Shown: piece after piece, positions 33,263-46,718 of the stretch
Layout of the letters: each line of letters opens with the position of its first letter
Numbering within the stretch: position 1 is the first letter of the stretch
NCBI RefSeq assembly: GCF_041956535.1
Contig: NW_027192228.1
Span: 1 to 56,141, forward strand
DNA: 56,141 nt
Direction: 5' to 3'
Source: Calcarisporiella thermophila CBS 279.70
Lineage: Eukaryota; Fungi; Calcarisporiellomycota
Program-made: the position numbers and the translations under genes
The notes under the pieces: generated by a model
The model's input: only the letters and a program-made list of their open reading frames with translations
The model's database searches: none
Told to the model about the DNA's origin: nothing

Positions 33263-36200
33263 TTAGACTAAAAAATGTCGATTCTGCATCTTCATAGCCA
33301 TTTTTGGTGGTAACTTTACCCCTCTGGCAGCCCGTGTTGTGTCATCCTTATCGCTTGTGGAGGTGGGAGGTGGGGACGCTAGGAGAGAATCACGACAAGT
33401 GCATGATCCAATTGACTCAGACGCCCCTTCCATCGATGCGCTAACTTCCGAGCTATGGTACTGGCATTCTTGAGCGACCCTCTCGGTCGGCGAAGTAAAC
33501 TCCGTCTTGACAACGCTGTCGGTGTGCTGTTCTGGTGGGGAGTAGCCGATGTCGAGCGTGATCGTGATGAGCTTTTGCACAAGATACTGGTAGTCTCTTT
33601 GGATAATACTGATCACGTCATCTAGCCTCACAAAGTAGAGCTTCATATTCAAGAACTTATCCATCTCGGCGAGGCTGTTTAGTTCTTGGGCGTGGGCTTC
33701 ATCCCCTCCATCAGATTTTCCATACTTTTTCAGAGTGGCACTATCAAGGAGGAGATGCTCTACCATTGAGGCAAGTGGTTCATATAATCGCTGTTTCTGC
33801 CGTTCTGAGATGGCGCGCCGCCTGAGTCTTGGGTAGGTGGCGAATAGAGACCCATGAATGTCGAGCAGCAGAGCGACCTGAAGATCAACAACATAAGCAC
33901 TCGAGCAGGTTGTCAAGGAAGAAATAGTATCGGTTGAGCCATCACCCTGGAACGCGATCGTATAGAGAGGCAAATATCGCATAGCCCTAGCCAATGCCGG
34001 GCTCATCTTATTATTAGCTGCATCGTTGTCATCATCGGTGCCAGTCTCGGGCATTTCCAACTTTATGCAACCATTCAAGTTGTCATAATTTTCCAACATT
34101 CCCCCCGAATCTACCCCAACCTCAGGCTCTTCAATTTTCACAGATACCGCCATCTCATCTCCGCTCTTTCGTACATCTGCACTGGCGTTTGGTTTCCGCC
34201 GTGTTTTCTCGCGCGAATCCCGAGATTGCCTTAATTTAGTATGCTTTTCATCGCCATCGAGTGAACTATTAGAGACGTTTCTGCTTCGCCTTGGTGCTGG
34301 AGTATCGCTGGATAACTTAGTGTCTGTAAATGATTAAAGAACGAACAGATTTGATCATTTAGGGTCGGTGATCCCGTGAATCCACTAAAAAATTATACTT
34401 ACTTGCATCTACAATATTTTCGGGTGAGGATCTCGTCTCTAAAAAAAAGAAAAAAGTTACATGATCAGCTGAGCAATTTGCAGCAGCGCAAAATACGTCG
34501 TGATATATACTTGTTTCATTTGCGTCATTTGCTTTAGACATCCTGGATGGATTTTTTGGAGGGCGGCCTCGTCTCCGTGGCAAAGGCATAGACTCTCCTG
34601 CTTCGTCATTTTTGGTTGAGCGGGAACTGACCACCATTGGCGTTGTCTCCGAGTATCCCTCCTCCTCCATGGCTTCTTGTATTAGCTCCAATACTTGTGG
34701 ATGATCTGCAGCCAGGTCCACTGCTGCCAGTCCGTCCCGGTTGCGTAATTCTAATCGCGCGTTATTGTCGAGCAGAAGCTTAGCTACGTCATAATGCCCA
34801 TTTTTTGCCGCAGTATGCAACGGAGTCTCTTGTAACAAATTTCGTGCGTTGACATCTGCGCCAAAAGCAAGCAAAAGCCCAACGACTTCCGAGTGACCAA
34901 CGGAGGCCGCCTCGTGTAATGGCGTACACCCATTGCGGTCGCACACATTCACGCACGAAACTTGCTGGAGAAGCTGGCCCAACTTATCCATTTCCCCCAA
35001 TCGCGCAAATCGATGCAACGGAGACTCGCCTTTGGCGTCCTTTGGTCGAGTGTCGAACAGCTTCACACAAGGCGTTTCGAAACCTTGAGCAGGAGGGGTG
35101 CTGGTATTACGCCGTCTATTCCGCGGGGCCGGGCGCGGTCGTTCATGCGTTGGAGTGCTGCCGTGGCTGTCGACTGGGCTCTCCGTCCGCCTTCGATTTC
35201 GATCAGTTTTCCCTGAATGTCTTGATTTTACCGGGGTGTTGATATCGTCGCTCTTAGGCTTTGGACTGGTTGCTCTTTCGGCCGTGGTATTATCCTCAAC
35301 ATCAACTGATACACGCCCCGTTGTAGGTGAATCGCGAGTACTTATTCTGGTGGTATCACGCTCCTCAGAACAACACTTAAGTGTCCTCTCATTGGACACA
35401 CCTCCTTCATATTTGTCATCCGATTCCTCCCTTCCCTCCAGATCTGTGTCAGAAAGCCTCCGCGGAGGTCTACCACGTCGAACACCTTTGGATCGCAGCT
35501 CCTCACGCGTCTCCATCTTTTTGAAGGTGCGCATATATTGCTGAATCTTGCGCTCTTCCCGAGAAAGTGAGCCCGTGCGCGAAGGGAGCCACCAAGGCTC
35601 TGCTAAAGCATCGCTTGTCTCCATGTCATTGGGAGTATCGGACGCTTCTGGCGATGCTCTGTTGCTTTTAGCGTGCTTATCATCATTGTATTCCCCCTCC
35701 TCTTCCATTTTGACCTTCTTCTCTTCACCCACCGAAGCGATTGAATCTCTTTGAGAGAGATGCCTTCTTCGAACTTTTTGACTCGAGGGTTTCCTCCGTG
35801 GAATTTTCCGGCCCAGTTTCTCCTCAAGCACCTCAAGGACTTCGTCCGATCCCGCTACATCACAAGGGGTTTCACCTGCTGAGTTTTTGGAGAGCGGATC
35901 AGCTCCGTGCTCAAGAAGGATACGGACCACCTTGGCATGTCCATTCTGGCAGGCGTCGTGAAGCGGGGTGTCGTCCGCATATCCACGGATATTCACCTCC
36001 GCCCCTTGAGTAAGCAACACTTTCACCATCGAAACATGTCCGCGAAGAGCAGCCTCGTGCAGAGGGCTCCATCCAGCATTGTCCCGGGCATTCACATCCG
36101 CACCTTGCTTCAACAAGGAAAGAATCGCGGAGCCGTCATCTTCGGGGTACTCACATACACGGTGCAACAAAGTTTGCCCGGTCTTGTCGCGTGCTTCCAC

Positions 36201-37436
36201 ACCATCTTTACTCTTGTAATGACTCCGAAGTAATCGCAAAACCCTCTGGTCGCTACATACATCCATTGCGGTGAGTTGTTTCGCATTCTTGCATCGAACA
36301 TTAGCCCCATGCTGTATCAGAAGATGCACCACTTTAGCATGTCCATTCTGAGCAGCATCGTGCAGCGGGGTGTCGTCATCGAGGCCACAGGCATTTGCAT
36401 CGGCACCATGTCGTAGTAGCAGCTCGGCAATCTCTAGCTCACCGTGCAGACATGCTTCGTGCAGAGGTGTCCACCCGGCATAATCCCGAAGATTCACATC
36501 GGCTCCCGCGCGTATCAGATTTCGGCATGAAACGGCGTCTCCACGTGCGGTGTATTTAAAGAGTTGACTTCTGCCAGAGCGATCACGTCTATTGGGGTTT
36601 GCAAGATCAAAGCCTAGGCGCTGGTTAGCGCCACTAACAGCTCCTGCTCGCTTGGTGTCGGGATCTTCGGCTGATTTACGATGTTTTAAACTAGAAGCGA
36701 CGGCGGATTTTTCAGCAGCCTTCTTTTTGTGTGAGTTCGGGCGGGAATAGGGTTCACTCTCGGTGGGTAACGGATGCTTACGGGGTCGCCCTGGCCCACG
36801 CTTCTTGGGAAGAGTAGAAAGGGCTGGCTGCTTACAGGCGCTTTCATTCCGCACGTCTTTCGATGCCTGTGAAGATGGGTGTCTCTTCTTTGTTTTAACA
36901 CACTGTGCTTCTGCATTTTCCTCATCACTCCCCGTCAATATCGCTGACTTTCGTACAATTTTTCTTCGTTTTCGCTCCGGTGTTTTCCTTGTCCCGTCTG
37001 CGTGCTTCGATTTCCCAAGAAGGGGGGCATGACTTGAGCCACCCTTATCCGAGTTATGACTGGTCGAATACACATCCTTATTTCGTGCCCAGGATTTCCT
37101 ACATTCTTCATCACTGCTATTCCAATCGGGAACGTCACTTGCGTTGCTTAATTCAGACCCGTCCAAATCATCCTCAAATATACTCAAATCGGACGAGTGC
37201 GAAGGTGGCGACGGACTTTGACAAGACTGACGAAACGCAATACGACCGTTCAAAGCTTGAGTCGAGTTTCTTTTTGTTGAGGGTGAAGTAGTCAGCTCTA
37301 TAGAAACGGGCGGAGGTGAAGATGCAGGAATGGTGCTAAGGTCATCGTCCGAAAGCGACATATCGCTCGCATCATCATCACCGAAAATTGTTTGTAAAGT
37401 AGTGGCAAAATCTCCTTGAGCCGTAGTCACTTCCAT
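33263..37436 (-). CDS. Nuclear ankyrin-repeat protein with AT-hooks (Hos4/ANKRD11-12-like chromatin factor)
   Basis: Three ankyrin clusters (GWTPLHEAC, GWSPLHEAA, GCTPLHEAA) and three GRP AT-hook-like motifs. Introns near 34439-34510 and 34324-34402 link to the 33263..34153 ORF. The start codon is uncertain. Confidence 0.8.
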
Positions 37437-39275
37437 TTTGTCGGGCGCCTTACGCCCCGGCCATTCACACTTGAAATCGACGGCAGGATTTGATAACAAA
37501 AAAAAATATAAATATATAAACGAATAGATAAAGGGGTTAAAGTATGAGGCAAATTGTCGGGCAAAATATATAAAAAATGAGTGCGAAAATATGGAGAGTG
37601 TATTTTAGGACGTGAGCACGTTTAATTAACTAGTTAAAAAAAAGAGAGAACCTAAGTTAGTAATTTCATCATAAGAAATAGTTGAATGAGAATATCGCAA
37701 AATTATAATTCGGCAAAGAAAAAAAAATTGAAAAACATATGAAAAAATGTCAATAATTACCTACTTAATAAATACAATTTTCTCACTATAAAATCGCACA
37801 GAAATCATTCACCAAATCCCAAGAATTATACGAGGTTAAGCAATAAAGCCTAATACTATAAAACATTACACATTAGAATGTTATGGATAGATTCATGGTA
37901 ACGAAAAAATAAAACTGCGTTTTTCAATCAAAAACGTAGTTATTATCAGCAATAAATATAACGTAAATTACCTTTAATAATTCAGGATCTTTCCTCTATG
38001 CGCAATATAAAATAATGGCAGCTGTTCGAGATTTCTGCGATCTTGGGAGTATGGGAAAGAGAACAGAAAAAGGATGTAGGCCACTATTAGAAAGTTAATA
38101 AATATAAAAGTATAGAGGATTAGTAAGAATAAAAGCAGATCAACGACATAAAAATATGTCAAAATGCGAAGAATAAATAGAGCTCCATTCATGGACAATC
38201 GAAAACAAATATACATTCAATCAAAGCAGTGTGCAAATATATGAGCGTTTTTGTAGAGAATTTACAATCGGGTATGATAAATTATGGAAAAATAAAAAAT
38301 ATTATAGAGAGAGAGCCATCTACCTAGTTGCAAGATTATCGTCTGATCCCACTGAAAGTGATTTTTAGAGAGTAAGTAGCAAAGAGAAGAGGAGGCAAAG
38401 AGTGTGAAGTAGACGAAATGAGAACAGAGACGTCACTCTTTACCTGACCAATTAGCGTCGCTAAAGGCTTATAACTTTATTTTTTACTCATTGATGCTCC
38501 CTATGCCGGATTCTCGAAACACGTTTCTATTTCAGACACTAGCCCTTGCAACCGGAGGGTCCTTTGAGCTCTTTGTTCCTCTTAGGCTCTATGGAGCCTT
38601 TGCTTAAATTTGTGGTTGCTCTAACCTTCTCCTCAAGCGGGGAAAAGCACTGGGAAATCGAATGAATCCTTTTCTGCTTTATTCCACTTTTGAACATATC
38701 GACGATTGCCTTTTCAAACTTGCTTGGTAGGATATCTCATATTGACTAGCACCAGGTCACCACTTAAACTCATAAATCGGATATAGCGCTCACTAGTAGC
38801 CTTCTTGTTCATAGGCTCTCCTATATATAGCCTCAGTTTCTGAAACGGAAGGGTTATCCTCACCTTCGTAAAGCCTCTTATTGGAAGGTCACGTCATAGT
38901 GCTGTTCCATTTAGTTGCTATTGATGCGAGTCATTCACCACTATGTTCATCCGGTAAAATAGGTCCTGTGAAATAAAGCGTGTGGAGTTGGCGAAAAATG
39001 TAATAAAGAAAATAAATTCGAGGCAATTATAAAATCCAACACCGCCATGATTCTATTGACACCTATATTGGATGCGAAGAAAAATGGGCCAGTGTTAAGT
39101 AGTGTAGCGTGGGATGTAAAGGAGTCGATTAGAAAGAAAAAGAGATAGGATAGAGCGTGGGCCAATGAAATACCCATCAGGAAACATATTGGTAAGTCAT
39201 TGTACCAATGGACCAATATAGCCAAAGATGCCCTGTTCTTTATTTCTAATAAACTATAATTTAACAGCGAGTTCT

Positions 39276-39895
39276 CTACTTGTAGTCATATTTCACATTA
39301 AGCTCCGATAAGTCAACCCCGTTGCCCAGCTCGTAGCAGTGTGGGCTGTGGCGTTCAAATGCTTCGGGATAACGCAGTCTAACAATGGGGGGTCGCTTGG
39401 CCTCCTGTACCAAGAGCTTGTCTTCTGCCGCCTGTTTGGCAAGCGCCAAATGTTTATCGTTGCGGCGCTTGGTCTCCTCTTCCGAGGGCATATGGTACTC
39501 AATGTATTTTGTCAAGGGATGTTTCTAAATAATTCCAGTCGGTTGATTAATAAATATTCAATAGGTGATGCTCTAATGACGGAGACAATATTTACCTCGC
39601 CATTGGCAGTGAGGTATTTATCAACACGATACCAAACAAGGCCACCGATAACGACAAGTAGTGTATTTCGCCACACGTTGCCATGATATCCTACCATCGA
39701 CACCAACATCCAAATAAATAAATAAATAAATTGGGGGCCGTTTCATCGAGATTAATCAATTGACAAGGCACTGAAATAATTACCTTCAGAAGCGGCCGTG
39801 GCATGGTGTGCCGAACCAGTCGAAGCCCAACGCTTACCAATTTCCCGGGCCATCAGGGGCCGAAGCGGGAGAAGGGAACTGATGCGGGAGGCCAT
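39276..39895 (-). CDS. Mitochondrial complex I accessory subunit (NADH-ubiquinone oxidoreductase 17.8 kDa-like)
   Basis: Arg-rich presequence (MASRISSLLPLRP...KRWAS), a single TM (TLLVVIGGLVWY), HPLTKYI and LRYPEAFERHSP...VDLS. Two introns. Confidence 0.72.
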
Positions 39896-40176
39896 GTTAT
39901 GATCTCTAGAATGTAGGGGAGCGATGCATTTCGAAAACGACATTTTTGCTCAATAATATGATGGCTTAGTTTATGATGTCATCATTATCGACCAACCTCT
40001 CCAATTTTGAAATTGGAGGGGAAATGAAGCTCGTGGATGAAAAAGTATATATTGTATATTAAACATAAAAGAGTATCTCACAAGGGATGTAGATATAAAA
40101 TAAAATAACACGCACGTACAATTAAAGGTATCCAAAAATATAACAATTCAATTAGGGATATATTATGCTAGCTGGA

Positions 40177-41400
40177 TTAAAAGTAGTCCGGCAGCTCATC
40201 GTCATGCTCCTTCTTTTCCCCTGCAATTCCTAAAACGCGTCTTTCCCCGTCTTCGCTCCACTTCCATACATCACTTGCTATCACAAGTGGAAGTGTGAGT
40301 TTCACTGGAGTGCTCAACCAACCTCGGGTCCCGACTCTTAATTGTAGGATATAGTGGAGAGAGAACAGACCCTGTGTGGTCGATGGAAGAATGCTATACG
40401 AAGCCTTTCTCGGAAGGGCGATGTCACATTTTACAATGATTTCATCTTGGGGCTCATCTGCGGTCTCTGAATTCCGAGCACTTTCCTTCTCTCCTCTCCC
40501 ATCGAGGTTGACAGTTGTCTCTGACGAGGTCACGTACTCACTTTCAATCACTTCTCGCGCTCCGCTCAATAGCACCAAATATTTCTTGATGAGGGCCTGC
40601 ACCACCAGCTTTCCTTCGCTGGGCGCACGTCGGATTCTAACCTGTAGAGGTATGACCTCGCCTGGCAAATATCCTCTCCGGGTAAGATAAGCATCGACTT
40701 GGATTCCTCCGCAGAATCGGCTTGCCTCTTTCGCAGCGCTGATAAATGGTCGGCAGAGCGGCTCGGCATTCGTTATGAGTAGTGGACGCAGTAGAATTTC
40801 CTTCTCGGCCGTTGCCATAGAATATGAGCTCCCTTTGAAGAGCAATGACTCGTAGACCAGACTTGCCTGCACTTCATATCGAATGGGGAAGTGCTTGTGC
40901 TTGTGAGTACCCGGTAGCTTCGAGAACATTGGGATAGTCAGAGAGAACCGGATCTTGAGGGTCTGGCGTGCGTCATCCCAGCGCTGGTCCATCGCTAGCA
41001 CAACGGACGGCGTCAAATCCCTGCGCACGTTGAGGAGCAGCCGATCCTCGTATCCTCGCAAGAATGTTCCCTCGAATGGATCTCCTGCTTCTTTTCCTCG
41101 TACCTGTGCCCTGCCCGTGAGACCCACGCGGCAGGCATGGATGTTTATTGCCGGTGTCGGGGTACGTATTGTGACATGCCCGTGGATAGTTTGCCCGGGG
41201 AGATAGAATTTCCTATGGGAGTCTAGATGCAGCCCAAGGAGCACGGGCTCTTGAACTGAAGCAGCGTGCTTGTTGAGGGAGAACACTTGGTCCACTTCTG
41301 GCGAGGAGGAGACAATTCTTGCGATCCGAGAGAATTTCTGGCGGAGCGAGAGACTTCGCTGGACGTTAGGCCCAGGAGGCGGCGGAAGTATCGTCTCCAT
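40177..41400 (-). CDS. Alpha-arrestin (arrestin N and C domains)
   Basis: YLPGQTIHGHV, LPGT...IRYEVQA, RGYLPGEVIP, ILPST...LHYILQL and a C-terminal LPDY (LPxY) motif. Confidence 0.88.
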   Translation of the reverse strand: METILPPPPGPNVQRSLSLRQKFSRIARIVSSSPEVDQVFSLNKHAASVQEPVLLGLHLDSHRKFYLPGQTIHGHVTIRTPTPAINIHACRVGLTGRAQVRGKEAGDPFEGTFLRGYEDRLLLNVRRDLTPSVVLAMDQRWDDARQTLKIRFSLTIPMFSKLPGTHKHKHFPIRYEVQASLVYESLLFKGSSYSMATAEKEILLRPLLITNAEPLCRPFISAAKEASRFCGGIQVDAYLTRRGYLPGEVIPLQVRIRRAPSEGKLVVQALIKKYLVLLSGAREVIESEYVTSSETTVNLDGRGEKESARNSETADEPQDEIIVKCDIALPRKASYSILPSTTQGLFSLHYILQLRVGTRGWLSTPVKLTLPLVIASDVWKWSEDGERRVLGIAGEKKEHDDELPDYF

Positions 41401-42248
41401 TAATGAGGGGGAAGGGATACGAGCAACGAGACGGTAGAGAACAGAGGCGAAGAGAAAAGAGAGAGCTGGGAGGAGTAGGGAAGGGGGAAGCGAGGGAAAG
41501 AAGGGGGGGAGGGAGAAAGAGAAAAGGTGAGAAAAAAAAAGGGAGAGCGAGCGTCGAAGAGTCGGGAAAAAACAAGTATGAAAATCTTAGGAAGACGACA
41601 TATTTTAATGTTACGGCATTGGAGCAGAGCGATGAATGGTTCATATCCCAAACAACCAGTCCGTTTTAAGTGGCCTTGAGTGGTTGCCAGAAAATGGCTT
41701 AAACCGGCAAATCGTGCGCGGGGATTGATTGGAGGCGGATGCAGCCTCTGAAGGCTTCTGCAACCCCGAGCAACCTTTGGCTGGTGCATTTTGAAATTGG
41801 ATAGCTTGTGCTTCTCACCATTCAACAGGCCGGGGGCAGAGAGGCAGTCCGCTGCAGGTTCTTCTCCGTAAACGATACTCCCACGCTCGCCTGTTATGCC
41901 TCAGGTGACGTAATACCTCGTGATGGCAGACCCAGCCGAGCGGGCCCAGTAGTTGGAGAGGCTTGCATTGGCAGGACAATATGCTCCGTTTGCAGGAAAG
42001 CTTCCACGCCTGAATGACAACACGATGACTTTCGGTAATCGGCTCAAATTGAGCAGGAGCCCGTCATTCGTCGCACAGTGCAAAAACAATTCCTGTTTCC
42101 TATTCCAACGCTTAGACCTCTGCTTATAACCAAGCCTAATTTCCCCACAACCGTCCTGCTCTTGACTCTGTTTCTCTGCTCATTTCCCACCCTCCTGTTG
42201 TTGTGCTTTTGATTCTCCACCCTATTTATACTCCTCACTATTTCCGGC

Positions 42249-43793
42249 ATGGCTTCTGCACGTTTCCCCGTCATTATAGATACCGATCCTGGCATTGGTA
42301 TGGATGAGCCCTTGAGTTTTATTAATGCGGGAATTTGTCATGAATTGCCCCATTTCTCATTCTATCATTTTCTCACCCCTTCTTAGATGACACTCTGGCT
42401 CTCCTCCTTGCTTTCGCCTCTCCCCTACTGGACGTTCGCGCGATCACGGTTACCCACGGCAATACCTCTCTCGAAAATGCCACTCGGAATGTCATTACCA
42501 TTATGAATGTGCTTGAGGAAGAGATCAAGCATCTCTCCACAAGGACATCGGTGCCAGAGGAGACCAGCGGGAATGTAACTGAAGCTAGAAAGAAATTCCA
42601 GTGGTCCAAGCCGGTGATTGCCATGGGTTGGTTTGATTCACTTTCATGAAACCCGATTTTGTATCATCTTTTACTCAATGGCTCTTATCCCACATGGATT
42701 AGGCGCGAGCAGCCCACTAGAGATTGAGCAGGTTGCTGCTGGCCATGTGCATGGGTTAGATGGGCTTGCCAACATTCACCAAGAGGTAAGGACGATGAGA
42801 TGGAGCGCGCAAAGACGCGGAATGTTGACATGAAATTTTATTGCACGCTTCGCCTAGGCCCCAGAATACTCACCCGCTTACTGGCGGCAGCTTTTCACCG
42901 CCAAGGAGCTGGCGGCAGAGAGCGCATTAGCTTCGGCTCCTCAGAGCAGCATTTACACCACAACCTCCATCCCAGCTTACCAGGAGATTCTCCGCCAATT
43001 GCGCGAGGCTCCCCCCTTCACCGTCACACTGATCACCTTGGGCCCCATGACCAATCTGGCCCTCGCATACCGCGAGGATCCGGTGACATTCTCGCGAGTT
43101 CGCCGTATCATCTCCATGGGCGGCGCCTTAGCCACCCCAGGCAACATTACCCCCACAAGTGAGTTCAACTATGCAGCAGACCCCCACGCAGTTCGCGTCA
43201 TCTTTGATGCCACCCATGGATTCATCCCTGGAGATCGCGGCCTCCAGCTGAGACGCGCTCTTATTGAGAAAGGAGAGCCGGCTCCTGTGCACTTGACTGT
43301 GGTCTCGACCGACGTCACCACCAAATGCTGCCTTCCCGAATCATCCCTCACCGACTACGTATCCAACATGGACACGCCCCTAGGGAGATTTGCAGCCTTT
43401 TTCCTGAAGTTCTCGTTTGAGCGCATTACTAAGATCAGTAATGGCAATTTCGAGATGCATGATCCGCTGTGCTTGGGATTGATGGTGGACTGGGCGGCTC
43501 TGCAGCCCGAGGGAGAGGGGGAGAAGCGGGCGACCAGCGAGCAGGACTCGGAGCTTGCACACGACTTGGGGCAATTGGGCTGGCGAACCGAATTCCTCGA
43601 TCTGCGCGTGGAGTGTGGCGGAAAGTATACTCGCGGGATGATTTTGGAAGACAAGCGCGGCAAAGGATTCGACGACTACGCCGATGAGCGGTCGACGTGC
43701 GTGGAATGGGTGCGTGAGACGCCTAATCCCCGGTTTTTGCGCGACTTCATGAAGACCGTGTTCGACGTACAAGTTAGGTGGGATGGCAATTAG
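42249..43793 (+). CDS. Inosine/uridine-preferring nucleoside hydrolase
   Basis: IIDTDPGI|DD, THGN, HGLDGL, LGPMTNLA, SMGG, SEFN and MHDP. Several introns. Confidence 0.92.
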
Positions 43794-44291
43794 TCTATTT
43801 TGGAACATGTAGATTCTGTTTAATAAATTGGGTGGCGAAACCCCCACCGTCTGAAACGTGCCCCTGTTTTGGCAGGCCCGAGTGCAGATGAGGGTGGCAA
43901 CCGTGTTTGGCGGGGTGGTGGAAAACATTCTGAAGGTACAAATCAAAAATCGCGCTGGACTGGAGATTCATTAGCTTATTTTCCTCCTTTGACAAAAGCC
44001 CTCCCCCATATAAAGACTGCCATGTCCAGCGCTGCGTCAGAAATGGAACCGTTACCAACAGAGTGGGAACTGGTTTCTCTCGCAGTGTCCAGGTCTCTTT
44101 GTCTACATTCTGAGACGGATTGACGATTTGGGATTTCCGTTTCGAGCCTTATCCACCATAATCTCCTCCCTCATCCTGCCTTACTTCTTTCCTCTCTCAT
44201 TTTCCCCAAGCGTTCTCCTCGCCATTCTCAACGCATTCCTCCTCCCTACACAACAACCACATCCGTTCTTCCCCCCAACGCACCTCACTGG

Positions 44292-45943
44292 ATGGAACTG
44301 GACGCAGCTTCGATTCGCAAGAGTTTCTCTGGTACTGGAATGTCGCTGTCAATAAAGAGCATGAAGAGTACGAAGAGAACTATTAGCAGTGATAGTAGCA
44401 ACAGCGACAGTGAGAAGACTGTGAAACGGCGATTCAAAGTCTGGGGCAGAGTGAGCTCGTGGGTTGAGACCATGAACAGTAAGACTATCCTTCGCGTTTC
44501 TTCTCTGAATACTTAGGTTAACACTTATGCCTCTGGCTGTATCCGAAATGATAGCACGTTTCTTGTTCCTGTTCAAGTCATCCAAAGGGAAAATGAATGT
44601 TTCCCACCCCTTCAATACGCTACACCGAGTCCACGTCGACTACAATCGAGCAACCGGCGAGTACAAAGGGCTTCCGGCCGAGTGGCAGAACATCGTTGAG
44701 CCGTGGAGCAGGAGGGAACGGTTCCGCGACCGCTATCAACAGAGGACGCTTAGAAGAGTTAGTGTCCGAGTTTACTGTGGCATACACCTCTCCTAGAACG
44801 AGGCTAATCATCCCCAATTTGCCTTCCTTTAGGGGAACTCGACCTCCTCCACGGTTGCGGATTTCGAGTCGTGCCTCCGGGCCCTCTGTGCATCCTATCC
44901 TGACCCGCGGTCATTCTATGGCCCATTGCGCCCGGTTGGCAAAGGCGCGTCAGGGATCGTGTACGTTTCCGCCTCCCATCCACACATTGCCCTCAAGCGG
45001 ATGCGCCTTGCCCAACAGCAGAAGCCTCGCCTTATCATTGCTGAGCTCAGGATGCGAGCTCTGAAGCATAACAATCTGGTGAAGTTCGGAGAGGCCTATA
45101 TGTGCGATGGGATGGAGAGGGACAAAAATTTGAATAGCAAGGAGATTTGGCTGGAGATGGAATACATGGACGGAGGAAGTTTGACCGACATCATCTTGTG
45201 CGGGACTCTGCGGGAAGGCCTGGTGGCTCGCGTTTTCACTGAGGTAGGTGCAAGTAATCTTGGGGGAGTTATCCCAATTTTTAGTATATCGGGCCTCCAC
45301 GCAGATTCTGATGCTCACCCCTGGAACGCTTATCCCTACAGATACTCCAAGGCCTTAGTTTTCTTCATTCACACGGGATCATTCATCGCGACATTAAGAG
45401 TGATAATATTTTGCTTTCTCTCCGCGGAGACGTCAAAATCTCCGACTTTGGCTTCTGCTCCCACATGCTCTCTTCTACAAAACGTCATACGCTTGTTGGC
45501 ACACCCTACTGGATGGCGCCCGAAATGTTGTCGAGGCGCGGATATAATGAGAAGGTGGATGTCTGGGCCTTGGGGATAGTGGGAATAGAAATGATAGAGG
45601 GCGAGCCGCCCTATTTAAGAGAAGAGTGTATCAAGGTACGTTAGAGGGATACCTTTCTTATGTCTCGCAAGACCTCGACTAATGGACCCCTCCCCCCCCC
45701 CCCCCGGAATAGGCTCTCTATCTCATCAGAGACAAAGGGATCCCCCCCCTCACCACTGAAGTCTCTCCTCTCCTTCATCACTTCATAGACTCCTGTCTGG
45801 AGCCTCGACCTGAAGAGCGACCAACCTCGTCAGATATGCTGCGACACTGTTTCCTGAAGACGGCAGAGCCGCGCTCGGCATTGATACCGCTGGTGGTGGA
45901 TGCCAAGAGGAAGGCTGCTGCCCGCAATAGAAAGAAGAAATAA
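44292..45943 (+). CDS. PAK/STE20-family Ser/Thr kinase with a CRIB (PBD) domain
   Basis: CRIB-like [13 protein letters not shown]...[37 protein letters not shown] and EMIEGEPPY. Confidence 0.92.
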
Positions 45944-46718
45944 CATCTCCTCCTATGGCTCTCTATATATATTATTATTTATATATCTTCCTATTTATGC
46001 AAGAGTATACTATAAGAGGACATCTCATTGACACTTACTGTCGGAGGTATGCGTATATGACAGGGGGGCATTCTAGCCATTGAGTTGTAAGAATGTATAA
46101 TTTTACGCACCAAGTATGCTATGTCTGCTTTGGGACGGACCTTGTGCTCAACGCTGGTTGTCTTGTACTTGTGTTCGGCAGCCCTTATTCCGATGTTTCT
46201 TTATTTTGACTGTATTATGTACCTTAAACTTTCTTGAATATCATACAATCAGAATAAGTGCCATTGCTCTGGAATGTGCTAGCCGGTGGCCCTATTGGAA
46301 AACCGTGCTAGCGAAAAGGCATATGGCTGGAAACTTCAACCATAAAACATTGGCGAAATAATATCGGATGTTATGCCGAAGCGTATTCAAAGTGCGGGAC
46401 ACTAATATATCTCCTCTATTCATGCACTTAAACTTCCATAACTCCACGGAGTATTGCCCCGAGTTATTTTAATATGAAAATATCAACTCTGTGGAGGGGG
46501 CAATGGTAAAGGGAAAATCCGCTGTTGATATGTAAAGCCAAAAAAAAGACATCTCAGGAGTAGGCCCCTGTTTTCTAAGAGTTGACTATTAAGAAGATGG
46601 CGATATAATTTACAGCAGGACTCTAAGTGTAAATGAGCGATAAAATAGACATTTTTATTTCGTGTATACAAAGACAAAAGAAATTATTTTCGGCTTGTTT
46701 TAGATCATCCACTAGGGC

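Noticed and set aside
41400-41825. Hydrophobic/Pro-rich and Arg/Glu-rich ORFs
   Set aside because: Artefacts of the purine/pyrimidine-biased 5' UTR and promoter of the arrestin gene.
43380-43946. 188-aa minus-strand ORF and other short overlapping ORFs in GC-rich exons
   Set aside because: Shadows of real genes on the opposite strand; no recognisable motifs.
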